Under the pieces are notes generated by a model. The model saw only the letters and a list, made by a program, of their open reading frames with translations, searched no databases and was not told the DNA's origin. From positions 829,950-893,949 of the forward strand of contig NC_134026.1 of NCBI RefSeq assembly GCF_964204645.1: DNA of 64,000 nt. The letters are read 5' to 3'. Source of the stretch: Tubulanus polymorphus. Its lineage: Eukaryota; Animalia; Nemertea. Shown one piece after another: positions 23,689 through 38,254 of the stretch (position 1 is its first letter; each line of letters begins with the position of its first letter). The position numbers were made by a program, and so were the translations under genes.

Positions 23689-24887
23689 ATAGAATATCTG
23701 TTTCATGTGTTTTATGAAGAATAAAAATGTCTCGTACGGTTTTGAAAATCATTTCTTTTGTGTTATTTACTGACTTCGAAAGGAAATCGTACAAAAAAGC
23801 AGAGGACCAAGATGCGAAAAAATATGTGAACGTGCTTTCATTTGTTGCTTAAGAAAGCGGCTTCACATCGGATAAATGAAGGTTAGAACTTGACTGAAAA
23901 AATAAAACCGTAGATCACAGACCATTGACTCTAAAATCAGCCAGAAATTAATGATCAGAATATATATGAGGTAAAATTTGACATTTATTCACAAAATATT
24001 ATCTTAAATATCACATCATAATTATGTCATATATCAATATTACATAAAGAAATATCAGTTATCACCATTTACAAGCGTAATGAAATACATGTATAAATAG
24101 AGTAACTAATCGTCCTCATTTCATTTGCATAAAGACGTAAATTACATCCAGAATAATACAGTTACGTAGCAAATTCATCAAATACAATCAAAAAAGAATT
24201 TAGTTTCTAACATGTATTTTTCACGGTGATGCACTGATGATAGTCAGAATGTAATGTTGAAGGCAGTGAGCAATTTAATCATGTTAGCTGCTATGAAATA
24301 CATGGTACCAGAAATCTTATAACTACTGGATAAAGTCACTGATCAAATTAGTGAACTATTCAGTAACCGGACTCGTGTTTAAGCCTATCTGATTATTAAA
24401 GCCTAACACCGATAATTAAGTCATTATGTAGTGAACTACGCGTTTGACAGAGAATTTTACCAGTCCAGAATAACACTAGAATCTTCCTGATCAATTTGAC
24501 TCTTAGCACATCTATGGTAATTGTAATTGTACACTTCTCACAAAAAACACATTAGCTTTTGCTTTTTCACAAATTACTTTATAGCGTTGTTCCGTTCCTC
24601 AACATACAAAACTAAGTCTTATCTTTATCATTTTTAAGAATATAAAACGAGAAAGCTAGCACATTATGGCCATGCTTCCGAACTCTATACATCGAATACC
24701 TGTCCTCTGATTGAATATTACTGGTCGTCATTTTATAGCAGAATAACGCAAAAATATAATTCATCGTAACGAGAGCATAACTAATAATAATAATAATGAT
24801 AATAATAATAATAATAGTCTTTGAGCAAAAAACTCTACGTATAAGTAATAAGTATTAATATAAATTTCAACCTAAAATGTAACAGTT

Positions 24888-27800
24888 TTATGATAGAACG
24901 CACCCCTCATAGTTCTCTTTCTCAGTCTCGTCCATTAAACCGACCGATATATCGACGTTTAGTTTTTTCTCCGGAGACACTTCGTCGATAAGACTTTGGT
25001 TTATTGCACTTTTAAGTTCGTCTGAAGCGGCTGAACTGTCCAGTGATGAATTACTGAGACGATGCGATGACGTCGAACTCAATCGAGAACTCAACGGATT
25101 CTGTTCGAGGATTTTTTCGAGTATTTGTCTCTGATTTTGTATCGTATTCAGGAATGGTTTAAAACCGAGGCTGCAAAATAATAAACTCTCGACGTAAGTG
25201 ACGAGAAACTTCATTCAATGAAATGAACACTATCAACATTGGCATTTATTCCCCGTGTTGAGACTAATAAATTCAGGATCACTTCCTTATGAACTTCAAT
25301 TACATTAATTTTCTAGTAATCAAAATAAGTGTATAGGCTATAAATATCACAATTTCTTGTAAATTTCAAAGCATCATGTGATACATGATGCATAAAAAGA
25401 ATTTAACAATGTATAAACCCCTTCTATATGTACTAAGAGAACGTACCATTCAGTGTCAGCCCATAAATCGAGGAATGATAGACCTTCTCTCATACGTCCG
25501 ACTGTTTCAATAGCAGTTTCAGTTAAACTGGCAGTGTTTACCACTCTCACTACATTCATTACATCTCTTAACAAAACCGAAATCAACAACGCCCATTCCA
25601 GACAACCGGCTTCCAGCATTATGTGAAATAAATACCTGAAACAAACATCATTCACCAGATTGATTCACTGGAATTTTGAAATCTGGAAATGTTTCCTGAA
25701 TAATACTATAATTTCGGTGTTGTAAACACTTATAACTGGATGCAGGCAAATCTTACCTCAGTTGTATTTCAGATTGTTGCGGGCCTTTATTCGCCAGTTC
25801 CAATGTAAGACGTTCGAAATCTTTAGACAGCGGAGTTTCGATGACTTGATCGAGCAGTAAATCTGCATCGCCCAGAAATGAACTACTTTCCGATAATTCG
25901 GTCGTCGCCAAACTTACATCATCTAAAACCGAACATATTTTTAATCTATGAATCTGCATAGAATGGGCCTACAGCTTATATCATTAAACATAAAGACTGA
26001 AAGGTTTACTTGATGCTTTCACAGCTAGTGTCTAGTAGCTTCAACAGGTTACTAAATCTGCTTGTAATTTATAATAAAATCCAAACTAACATGTCTTAAC
26101 ATTCACTGATTTGACACAAGGACCCAGTTCCACAGTTGTATTTCGGATTTGACTCAGAGTTAACTCATTGAAAATGAACTAATCTTACTTGGAGAACTGT
26201 GGAAGTGGGTTCTTCTACAACTCCTCACTACTTACCATGACTAATTTGTGGTTTGAGTAAAACATCCGACTGACCGGTTAACAGATCAGGAGTTGATAGA
26301 TTCAACGGGAAACTCGCATGAATTCCTTCACCTGTTAATACTGACACTGGACTGGTTCCGTCGCTTTTAAAATCAGAGTCCGTAGCCAGCGAGGAAGCAT
26401 TCGATACTATAGAAAAGAAAAAGAGATATTTTATTTGTTGATAAGAGATAATTATTGCCGGATTATTTTCTTTTACCTGACAATGATTTGTGCATCTGGT
26501 GGTACGCCGAATGAGTCATTATAGGAAGAGGCCAATTGAAATCGTGATGCAGAAGTTTCAACGCGGCGACAAAATCTTCAACTTTTGCTGCTCGCAGTCT
26601 GAAGTCAGAAATGTCAGAGTTGAGAGAAAATACTCACTGTTCCTCCGAGTAAATCCGAGGAATTAAATGCATGGTCATCAATATATCCAAATTATTGCAA
26701 ATTTTTTTGCAGAATTTATCAAATTCCCTGAGTTTTCCCTGATTTTTTCTAGATTTTTCTGATTACCTGGGGCTGGTTTTATAGACTGGTATTATCTTTA
26801 ACCCGGGGGCTTACTCAATTAATTTTCAATTGAGTTAACCCCCCAGATTAAAGCTGATACCAGTCTATAAAACCGGCCCCTGAGATTTCCAGGTCAGTGA
26901 CCACCCCTGTATGAGCATAAAATTCAATGATATATTTAAGTTATAACGATGATTACCTCTCTTTATTCAACCACCCGACGAGTTGATAATCGTCGAGATT
27001 AGCCGAGAAGTATCCTAAATCTCGTAGATGATACTGACTGAGTAGTTTACGTGCGTGACGACTGAGTATAACATCGATGAAGAACTGTTCAGCCGTGTTC
27101 TCTTCTTTCACAGCCGGAGATTGTCTATAAATAACAACACGATGAACTTACGTAATAATATCTTATCATAGCTAAAGTGAAGATTATAGTAGTTTTTGTC
27201 AGATTGATAGATGTAGATTGATCTATATCCTAAACACTGATTCTAGACAGATCTAGATAGCTATAATATACGCATGTTTTTTCAATGTTCTAACATTTAC
27301 AGCAGTAATACGTATGTGGTTCCATTGGAAACATTGCTCACTGATTAGACATGTATATGCTTTAAACATCGTTCGCTGATGTACAATTTCTAGATTTTGC
27401 AAGAGAAATGTTTATTGTGGATCGTATTTTTGATAACTAAAAGTCAGTGTGATTTCTTGTAATTGTGATAAATAGAAGTCTTGCAGCCATATGCTTTTTC
27501 GAACCTGACTATGCCATGTTGTCGGGTAAAAACAATAAGGGATTCAAACGACAGACCAAGGAAGTTTGTAAATCCTCCGATTAACCGGTGAATTGTTGAC
27601 ATAGCGACTATTAAAACTTCATCGTTACGATGGTTATATATCACGGGTCAGTTGCTCAAAAGTTGGTTAAAGATAACCGGCCGTTAAATACCATAGTAAC
27701 AATGAAATTTCAATCGTCACCATTATCAACTATCCACTGGTTAACTCTAACTAACTTTTGAGCAACCGGCCCCAGATGGTTAACTTTAACCAAAATTATA

Positions 27801-30800
27801 GCAATTAGGCTCAGGTTGACGAACAAACATTTGCAAGACCTCTGTACGAAATAAAGTTTGGATTCAAAACATTTGTATATAGCTCTCAAAATGAAATGCG
27901 ATACATTCTTCTTATCATAAAATCATCAGTTCTTTCTCAACTCGAAATACATTAAATCGGCACAGTGAATCACGTGATAACTAATAATATAGCGATGAAG
28001 AATAGCTGCGATCAGATCGGAACAACATCAAACAAACGAACGAAATCGAAACGATTCAGAAACCTACGAGAACTAAATAGAATAACCGATAATTTCAACG
28101 AAAATAACGGTGAAAAGTGTCGACATCGGTTGAAATAAAACGAAAAACAAAAACACAGAAACAAATGTTGGTGCAGTCTACTATATAGACCACTACCTCA
28201 TGTTTGTATCACTCCAAGTTCGACCAAGTCTCTCCTTATATGAATGCAGAATACTGAAAACAACAAACCGCATTCTACATACACGACATATTCCAAATAA
28301 CCAATAAAACCATCAACCGCAATATTATGAAACAATAAATCGTGAAAGGTATCCCAGATTGACAGATTGTGTAAACATGTTTTACAATTCATGCTGCTTT
28401 GAATGCAGGTAATGAAGGCGCGTGTAAAAAGTTCACCTTTTCGGTACGCTCTGAGATTCGGTTTTAGACGTTTTTCGATCTTTGAGCTTCGTAGGATCTT
28501 TCGCCGCTTCGGGTAGACTAGTACTACGATTACGACTAGAACTGTTATAAGCGAATGCCGATGATTCGGAAGGGCTGATTGGTGGAGTATGAAACGGTCC
28601 GGTCGTACCGGGATACATCGACGTACTGCTCGCACCGCGAGACATCGGCGTAAAATGAGGCGGCGTTTCGGCTTCTGCCGGATCTAAAATCAGACACAAC
28701 ATATTCCTTATTAGCTCAATCATAATAAATTATGATAATGATGAAACTTATATAGCCCTAAATCCAATTAAGCTGCTCAGAGCGCTTTATGAGTGATGAA
28801 ATGCTTCCTTTAAGAGCGAACATACCTATAGCTTTAAGGAAGCGAACCAAATCACGAGCAAGATCCCATTTACACTGCTCTAAAGCCGAGTCAAGTAGTA
28901 ACGTAGCATGCTGAAATATATGAAATATGGAAGAATGAATTTTGAATGCAGATAACATCATAAATGATCAGGATTAATTCATTGTTTTGTATTTACCTGT
29001 CGACTGACTAATGGAATTTCTAGATTCTGTAGGATTATCAGATATGAGGCTGCCGTGTCTAAATTCTTTGACATCAAACACTCCTAAAAATAGAACGCCG
29101 GAACCTGGTCAGTGATGGTCAGTTTCTCAAGAGTGGAATTCGCGTAGATTGGGTTTCTTACCTCGAACAGGTCTTTAGGATTACCCGCCGTCGTGAACAA
29201 GTAAGGCCAAAGAGCTACCTCAGTTTTTCTGGCACAGTGCACGATCGTTTGAAGGTATTCGGGAAATTCTTGTATAAATGCGACGACTCGTGGAAGCAAT
29301 GGATCTGAAATACAGTAAACACTGTCTACGATGAAGCGTTTTATGTGATCGCAACAAGGTTTCCAATGAATTCTCAGTGTTGAATGTTACCAGGAATCGG
29401 TTCCTTCGACGTTGCTTCCTCTTCTAGCACCTCGTGTAGTAACAGCTCTAATACATGACCGAAATAAGGCAAATCTGTGCAGCACCGAGCGATTTCTAAT
29501 GCATGTGAACCAAGACTGAAATCAATAATACATTATTCATATCAACATCACGTTCAATCTAGTCAACCACAAGAGCAAGAATTAAAGAGGAATCTAGAAA
29601 TGGATCAAAAGAAATTGAAACGTTACTGATAGTGATAATCTATTCTCGGTGAAACAGAATATCTGACGATGGGTTTTAGATAAATCTCAAAACAGTCAGA
29701 TCAATAAACTTTGAATATCATTTATTAAACTGTAACTCACTTGCGTCTGAGGAGCTGCCTCAGAATATGATGTAGATAAATTTGACTCTGAAATATATTG
29801 ATTTTCAATGAAAATAACGCGTAAATTCTCTACTACAGAATTTGACGTATCGAAGATTCAACTCACAGTTCGCTCCAATGTGGAGAAGGGAAATGATAAT
29901 TCAGAATCTGCTGAATAGTAGAATATATTCTCACACGTGACTCCTAAAATAACGGCGTCTTCAAACAACACAGCTACAAATATAAATCACAATCTAGGAG
30001 TAAGAATGAGCTTCATATTTAAAAAGTTGAATAGTTTTTTTTTTAGAAAACAGCATTATGTAACTATAATTTAGAGTCTATTCGGCAGCGGTGCTTACTT
30101 AGTGGATAGACCTCGACATTGAAAGGTAGCATAATACGACGCGACATGTAGCCAGGAGTTTTCACCTCTTCACGCGGCAATAAAGGCAGCCATACCTGCA
30201 ATAAAATACATAAACATTCATATCTACGTTTTCATTCTCAAATACAGCTGAAAATTGAATGAAATTAACGACATACCTTCATTCCGTGAGCTCCACAACT
30301 CAACCATAACGCTTCCAGCAGATATTTCTTATTGGCACAGGTGCGAGGGGTTGACCACATGTTCTCTACCGAAGACGCAACCATCAACGGCGCACAAAAC
30401 GGTAACTGTAATAGAGAACGTCGAAACGAGTGTAAGATTTCCCAAAATTCTTGAAGTGACAGAATATCTTCGTTCATCTTTTCATATTGTTTCGAAACCT
30501 ACCGGTTTGTATTTTCCATCTTTAGGTTGGACATGGTGCCCGCTTTTATCACGTTGAAACATGAGCAGTTTGCCAGCGTAGTTCAGCAGAATACTTTCAG
30601 CTTGTTTCGGTTCAACTGATCCTCGTAACATGGCTACAAATATATATTAACATTCAAACATTTTGTTGGATCAATCAACACGGTGACCACAATCCTTCCA
30701 CTTCTAAATTCCCTGCTTTTTCCAGAATTTAGATCATCAAATCTTATCAAATTCCCTGTGTTTTTCGTGAGAGAAATTAGTTCCTTGTTTTTCCTTTTTT

Positions 30801-33800
30801 CCAGAATCATGGTCACCCCGATCAATACCCTTCTGATTCGGTTGCCATCGATTTCTTACCAGATTCCGTCCTAACAGACGTTAATGTCACAGATACAACT
30901 GATACTGCTTGCGGTATAAACGTCCCAATTGCTACTTCCTGTATCTTCTGCACTTCAATCGTAGGATCTGAAATATTCACAAATATTATTCCACTGTAAA
31001 TTTTTAAATTCAGTTAAGAGAGTTGTTAACAATTCACACGAGAGAACAAATCAAAAATAGCGAAGAGATAATTGTGCTGTCAGAGTTAGTTAAACTAATA
31101 GACTCAAGAGTTTCATAGACTAGTTTTAACTTGCACTCCGGATCTGTAAACTGAGTGTTCGGGTTAGCTCAACTGACGGATAGAGTGCCAGTGAAAACTC
31201 GTCTATTAAACCTGGCCGGGTTTATGTTGTGCGCAGGTGTAAAATATAAGAAAAATATAAATCACTGCGAATATCAAATTCTTATTTAATGTTAATGATG
31301 CAGACATTAAATATTTGAATTTTGTTAATGAAACTAATGTAAAATGTATTCAACTAATGATACAATATGATAATAGTAGTTTTTACAATGATTTTACCTT
31401 CTTCATCAATAATCAGACTGAGAGTATATCCTGTGTATAAGTGTATAAATCATATATAACATCAATTGAACATTATCTAGAATGGCATTATCTGGCAACT
31501 CAGTTAAAACCCGTATTCGTAGTTCAAAAATTGATTATTGAAGAAAAATGAAAAATATACTTTGAAATGAAATGATATGACAGTATTCTATGTGACTTTG
31601 TTCATATCGGGATTTCTGTTTGTGACAATTAAACATCAAAGCCCGGTTTCATAGTTGTGAGTTACGAGATAAAATCAGTTCATTGTCAATGTTTAAAACT
31701 CCAAGAGTCGAATTTAACTCAGAACTGTGGAACTGGATCCATAGTTGTGCCATCAACCCAAAATTGCTTCCGTTATTTATATCAGCAATAACCGAGGACC
31801 TAGATTCTGAAGCTTAAACTGAATCTAATGCGTTTATGATTGACAGAATTGATATCTGATCATTTTACGCAGTATTTTTGTATACAAATCGAGAACAATC
31901 CGAGCCTAGCTATGAAGTAAGGTGCAGGGGTTTCATAGCTAATGTGCACAGGTTTTAGCTCAAACATATTCCACGAACCGGTTTTGAATGAAATTCGTAC
32001 TTACTCGGTCTTGAGTTTTTCCGTTCCATATTGTACAACATGATGTGACAATCGGCGCAAAACACGATCAGAATATCGTGAAACGTATTCAGTAACAGAA
32101 TAGGGGACGGAACTTTGATGATATGCGCGAACGTATTGTCTAATTTACTGGATCTCGGATAAAAACGTAGCTGAAAACAAAAAGCAAATTCAGTATCCTG
32201 GGGCCGGTTGCTCAAAAGTTGGTTAAAGAAAACCGGCGGATAAATACCATAGTAACAGTGCAATTTCACTATGTCAACTATCCACTGGTTAACTCTAACC
32301 AACTATTGAGCAACTGACCCCAGTAGTCAAAGAATATGGAGTTAGAATAGGTGATGATATTTCTAAAACGTACCTCATCTCTTTGGTCTAATATATTTAC
32401 ACAGCCACAACATATAAAATCTTTCCACCAAGTCATTCCTCCAGACACAACCATATCGTGTTCCTATCAGAAAAAAAAAACCAGCGATATTAAACTATTT
32501 CCATGAATTCAAAATGATAGCTGTTACGTCACTTTTCTGCATTAATGTACCTGTGTTTCATTTCCGAATAATTTCCATTTTTTCGTCGAAGGGGCATAGT
32601 GACACAATCCGGTTTTACCAGCTATAGCGATGTACTGACCGGTTCGATCTAATGCACATAACTGTATATAGAAACATTGAGAGAATATATCAAACCCCTC
32701 AGCATAGCACATCCAACAACAGGGTGGCCACTTTTGCCGTGACTATTCCCTGGTATGTTACTTGTTTTCCCTGACTTGATCTGCTAAGAATCCAATCAAT
32801 TAACACAGTTAAATACGTAAAGCATAGATGGAAACTGTTTGATTTTATGCACCATCTAACAATCTCAACAAATTTCTCTGACTTTTCTCTAATTTCCAGG
32901 TAAGTGGCCACGCTGTCCAATAAACATTCAAATCTAAACATCCGAAATTCACAAAAACCCTTAATCTGGATCACGGTAATATTGAGTCCAATGTTGACTC
33001 AATCTATTGTCATATTTGATTTTGACTTGGAGTCAAAAGTCATTGTGCTCAATAGCTCTGTGATCCAGAAAATGAAATAAAAACAGAATATTTCTTGTAC
33101 TTACTCGAATAGGCCAATTACATCCGAGATAAGTGAGTGGAAATGGAACGATCTGCCATTGTTTATTACCGGAGAGTAAGAAGTTAGCGCTACACGTGCT
33201 ATCAGTCATACTAGTACTAATACTCATTGTTAAATCCGTATCCAAAACCATTCCGTTTTTATAAATTCCGTTGCTCTGATTCAACATTTTCACCTCGGTG
33301 TTCAAAAACAAACGATCGGCTCCTTGTAAACATAAGTGTTCATGATTCGTCTGCAAAAATGAGAGAAACACAAATAAGACCCGGTACATATACAATAAAG
33401 GTAAACAGATAATCTTTTGAGTATCACCAATATTTGACTATCAGTAATTTTTGAGTCCAAGGGTAGATACCCAAATGTTGGTTAAGGTTAACCATCAGAT
33501 AAATATTGTGTCATTTATCCCTCTGTTAACCTTAACCTCTACTTAAAGCAATTGCAGTCATGGACACAGTTCCGCATCTATGCGTTAAAACAAGTTCATT
33601 GTTGAACGAGATCCTGATTGAAATAATGAGTTATTTGTCACTCACCGAACATGGATTCATAGTTAAGGCACTCTTTACAAAAGGTATCTGCATTATATTT
33701 TTGCTGTCGTTGCAATCGACGGCAGGTTTTATGGCTAGCCATAAATAATATCCTTCTGGTCCCCATTCCTATTCAACAACAGAAAATACGCATTCTATAA

Positions 33801-36800
33801 TCGTATTAAATCGAAATCTTGACCACCAAACAGATAAACTGACTTACCATTGATTGAATATTTACATTACTTTCTTTAACGTACTCATTACCACTGGAAA
33901 ATATATCAAACACAAAATTCAAGCATATTGGTTTTACAGCTGCTGGTTAAACGTTTTTACAATATCAATATACTGATCATCAATCAATCATGACCTGATC
34001 TTTATTATTGACTGGTGTTATACAATCAAATATGAACTTTAACCTATCACTGGAATTTCTCCAGCTAGAATTAGGAATTCTAACTGAAATGGCGAAATGT
34101 CTGTTTATTGATATTTTACACACCTGAAATCTGAAGCCAATGTACAAACTAGTAGAGCACCGTAAACACTCCACACAGCATATCCACCATTAGACCATGA
34201 CATCGATAGCGCGCAGCCATCGGGGGTCCATTTAAATAAACTCACACCACCAGTGATCAGAGCAGCGTCTATACATAATTATATATCATATACAACACTG
34301 TGATGAGAAACTCGAATAACGATAGCAGCTTGAAATTGATGACTTCATTTATCATCACTTACCGGGATAATCTTTACTTGAAACGATTAATTTGTGAGAC
34401 AACATTAAAGCACCACTAACTTCATCTATACAGTAAACTAAACCATCACCGCTGTAAATAAAATTCATCATAACTATAATTAATTATCACTGAATAATAA
34501 CTCTGATATGTTTAATGGAATATTGTTTACTCACTTTTGGCAACCGAAAGCAATTAATCGATATTTATGATTGACAGCTACGCACGTTGCATTTGTGACA
34601 GACTCCGCCCAAACACCTATTACTTGCTTTAAAAACAATAATAGACGATGAGCTTTTTCGTTCGGTAGCGTGTTGAATCATATTCATGATTTAGAGAGTG
34701 AATTATTCTTACCGATGGTTCAAATTTTGGCGAGGTAGCCGTTAGAAATGCAGCTCTACCATTGGACAAAACGACCGCGAATCCCCCCATCGAGGAACTG
34801 TATTCCATATCGGATATATAATACACTACTGTATCATCACTGAGGTTACACGCTGAAAATTAAACGATAGCATTTACAACTATGTATAAATCATAGATAA
34901 ATCAACAAATAAATAAGACGTAATTATGATATTTTACCACGAGAATGTTGTAGATCGGTAGCGAATGGAACGTTGCTTAATGAAATACCGAGTTCATCAT
35001 TGATAAAACCATCCCATCGGATCCGTAGTAACATCCCGGTCCGCGTGGCTACCATCAAATCTTCTCGCAACGATACAACACTGAAACAACATATCAACTT
35101 ATTAAGCTGACCTTGAAAGATTCTCGTACTACTTTAAAGAAACAATGAGTAGGTTTTTATTGAGACCGTGATATAAACGTACCATGTTACTATACATAGT
35201 AAAGACTATCTAACTGCCTGGAAGGATCAGTCTATTTTCATTGAACATTTCTTAAACATTCTCATTTTCAATATGCTGAATCCCCCCACTCTGTGTGTTT
35301 GTATCGTAAAATAATGTCCGAAAAGTCTCCTTGAGCTAGTGGCTTATTTGAACGTTTTCACTATTAAACAGTCATCTTCAGGAATACAGTACAGAATACG
35401 AGTTCCAGGGAAACTTTCCAGACTGTATTTTCGTCCTTTTTGTTGAATTTTATATCAATGCTAAATTTGATCTTCATGATGGATACTGAAAAAAGGCTGT
35501 TGATTTATCAATGAAATGACGAAGTGGTATTTTTTAACACATGGTGTGTGAGTGTATCTGATAAAACTCTGCTCATATAATATTGAAACGGTATCATACA
35601 CACATGAAACAGCTGTCACACGTGTGTAAAACCAGTATCATTTATAATTGATCCATTGATCATTTTAATCTGCCATAAATAAAATAGCAATAATGCCTTG
35701 ATTTGAAACATATGTTCATGGCTTGTATTAATTGACGTCGATACATGATGTAACATCTCATAGTAAACTGGGGTCAGTTGATGCTACCACAGTTTCAAAG
35801 TCCCAGTTAGAAAAATCAGTTGTTTTAGGGTCCCTAACGCAAATATTATAGTTGAGCCAACAAAAACTACCATAGTATCAAGATTGAATTTTCTACTCAG
35901 TGTTTGGAATAGTTTTCAGTGAAAACTAGTTGAATGATGAGAAAAGTTGATTTTGACCGAAATGTAGACACATTTGAATACAGAAGCAAGAACCAAGTAA
36001 CTGGCAGTGGAAGTCACTTAATAATACCTTTAGTGTTTGACCCAACAAACTGAATAACCAAGAAATAGATTCTAATAGTTTTCACAAACTATGACTGAAA
36101 GAGAAGATAATGAACTTACCATTTAATACCGCCAGGAACCTGCATGTAAGATAGTTGTGACAATAGAAGAGCAGGAATTCCATCTCCGGTGTGAATATCA
36201 CAAAGCTCTTTCTTATTATTATGTTTCCTGTAAGATGAAATGTGAACCATGTTAACATTGATGTAATACAACGATAATAGTATGAAATCCCTAGAGTTTG
36301 GAAAACAGTCCTTTTCCTAGTGGAAACGTTGAATGAATTACTAACTAGTTAGTAATTCCTTAGTTTCCTAAGTTTCTACAGGCCCCTCCAGGTCTAATTT
36401 ACTGTATTTTGTATTATGCTTTGTACACTATGCTGTAAATTATATTTGAAAAAATAAAGTGTTCAAATCAAATCAAATCAAACTACATTAAGGATTCATT
36501 CTTTAGGGTAGGATTTCATATTTCATATAGGCCTATCATCATTTGTGTGTTTGGAATGTAATTCTTGATCAAAGTCAAATCTAGTGTTACACTTGAATCT
36601 TTAAAATCAAATCTTTGAATAAAACATATCTTTCTAAGCACACCATACGTATTTATCATTTAAAACTGTTCCAATATTTCTGTCTCGTCTTAATTATATT
36701 GTAAAAATTGTAAAGCGCAATGATTATTTCTTAGAACCGCTCTATAAAAGAAAATAAATAACTACCGGGGTACATAACTATCAAAACTAGAATGAAAACT

Positions 36801-37832
36801 TATGAATTTCTTACCCGCCTTCATGTTGAGTATACAGACAATGATGATGTGGAACAGCTGTATCTACATCAATTTTATAGAATATGATATAACCAAGAGA
36901 CGTCTGAAAATAAATATATACAATTTCAGCACTGAGTATCCTCGAGTTTTTAGGAATTGAAATCATTTGTGATCGATTCAAATATTGGCCCAGCAGCTTC
37001 ATCATCGTACCATCATCAGTTGTGAAAGATGTCTGTGTCTGATTGATGAGAGCTGTTTTATTGTGAATATGTATATTCTTTGATTTTGCTGGGTTTTTGG
37101 AGGTTCGAAGAAAGAAAGAGGCTTTTCTTCCAAAATTTAGTTAATTTAACTCATTGATTACCAGATGAATTCATATATGAATGAGTTAATTGATGCATTT
37201 GATATTGATTAGCTGATAATTTAATTACTCTCTAATTAGATAAATTGGCATAGAAAATGATTGGTAAAAATCGTTTGATTAGTAATCAATACAATTCATT
37301 TGCAGCAACCTGGGATTCTATAGAGTGACGACAAAATACAGAAAATACTTACTGTTACTGCAACTAGACTCGAATCTGGCTTCCATTCTGTAGATTCATT
37401 AACTCCAAATTTAGTTAGCGAATTAGCAGAACGCTCAAAACACACAATCTGTACAGACGGCTGAAAGAAAATCAAAATCCGTCAGATTTATGATAAAACA
37501 TTCTATGGAAAATGGAAAAATATGCCGATATTTCACTTTCTCAATGAATAAGCTATCGAAATCACCGAATCGGATATTTAACTCAAAACGCCAAGTGTTC
37601 GAAAATGAATTCATCAAATGGACTTTTTTGAGCTGTCAATCGAAAATACAGGATTCGAACTTAAATTCGTGATTAAATGACAACCACGTACCTTACAGAA
37701 CCAAATACTCAACGCGTTAGCCGTCAAAACTGCAAAAAGTATCCGTTCCCGATTGGCAGATATATTAACAATATCTACCGGGTTACTGTGTGGAAGTCGT
37801 AGCGTTATCGGCCATTCTATAGTAAAATACAT
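24888..37832 (-). CDS. RIC1: RAB6A GEF complex partner 1 (RIC1), multi-exon
   Basis: N-terminus [13 protein letters not shown]; [12 protein letters not shown]; [16 protein letters not shown]; [16 protein letters not shown]; [20 protein letters not shown]; [12 protein letters not shown]; C-terminal CVLS (CaaX-like). Confidence 0.95.
26120..26212. mobile_element. Short MITE family C (GGA(T/C)CCAGTTCCACAGTT termini)
   Basis: GACCCAGTTCCACAGTT ... AACTGTGGAAGTGGGTTC; related copies near 7597, 31640-31740, 38887-38992 and 42852. Confidence 0.65.
26770..26879. mobile_element. Harbinger-type foldback MITE with CTG TSD
   Basis: Nearly fully palindromic GGGCTGGTTTTATAGACTGGTAT...ATACCAGTCTATAAAACCGGCCC, with CTG on both sides. 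Confidence 0.85.
27645..27772. mobile_element. MITE family B, copy 2
   Basis: Near-identical to 21597-21723. Confidence 0.9.
31640..31740. mobile_element. MITE family C copy
   Basis: GCCCGGTTTCATAGTTGTGAGTT ... AACTCAGAACTGTGGAACTGGATCC inverted ends. Confidence 0.6.
32201..32320. mobile_element. MITE family B, copy 3
   Basis: GGGCCGGTTGCTCAAAAGTTGGTTA ... GAGCAACTGACCC, with CTG/CAG flanks. Confidence 0.88.
32720..32915. mobile_element. hAT-type MITE with 8-bp TSD
   Basis: TIR CAGGGTGGCCACTT ... AAGTGGCCACGCTG; TSD TCCAACAA/TCCAATAA; decayed relatives near 26670-26910 and 30680-30820. Confidence 0.8.
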
Positions 37833-38254
37833 GACCAGATTTTAGTTGCACTGAGATATTTTCATAGCTGACATTTTGATTCGTATATGGCAGATGTTAC
37901 TTTTTACTCTTTAGTATCTCAAGGGAAAATCGGTTCGAGTCCGGGCACGGGATTTCATTATAACACTGTGTACTTTGCTACTGTTAATCATATGTATGTG
38001 ATAAAATTGGTCCTAATATTAATACTAATACATAATTTATAGTTGAACTGAATAAGTAATGGTATCATTCAAATTAAGTCTCTGATCCGGTTTGGATATT
38101 CTCGGAGCTCTCCATTTTTGGATGAACTTGAACTTGGATGGTTCTTTGCGGTAAATAGTACGCGCAACCCGGAAGCGATTTTCAGAAAACAGTATTTTGC
38201 CGATTATTTTTTGTGTTTTACTGAAATTTCGAGGCATCTTAGAATTTCGTAGCG
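37833..38254. promoter_or_regulatory. Compact bidirectional promoter RIC1/YIPF1
   Basis: Divergent start codons about 420 bp apart; ETS/GABP-like ACCCGGAAGCG near 38167. Confidence 0.6.

Noticed and set aside
35183-35231. Possible 49-nt poison exon in RIC1
   Set aside because: AG/GT-bounded, but it creates an immediate stop and such pairs arise by chance.
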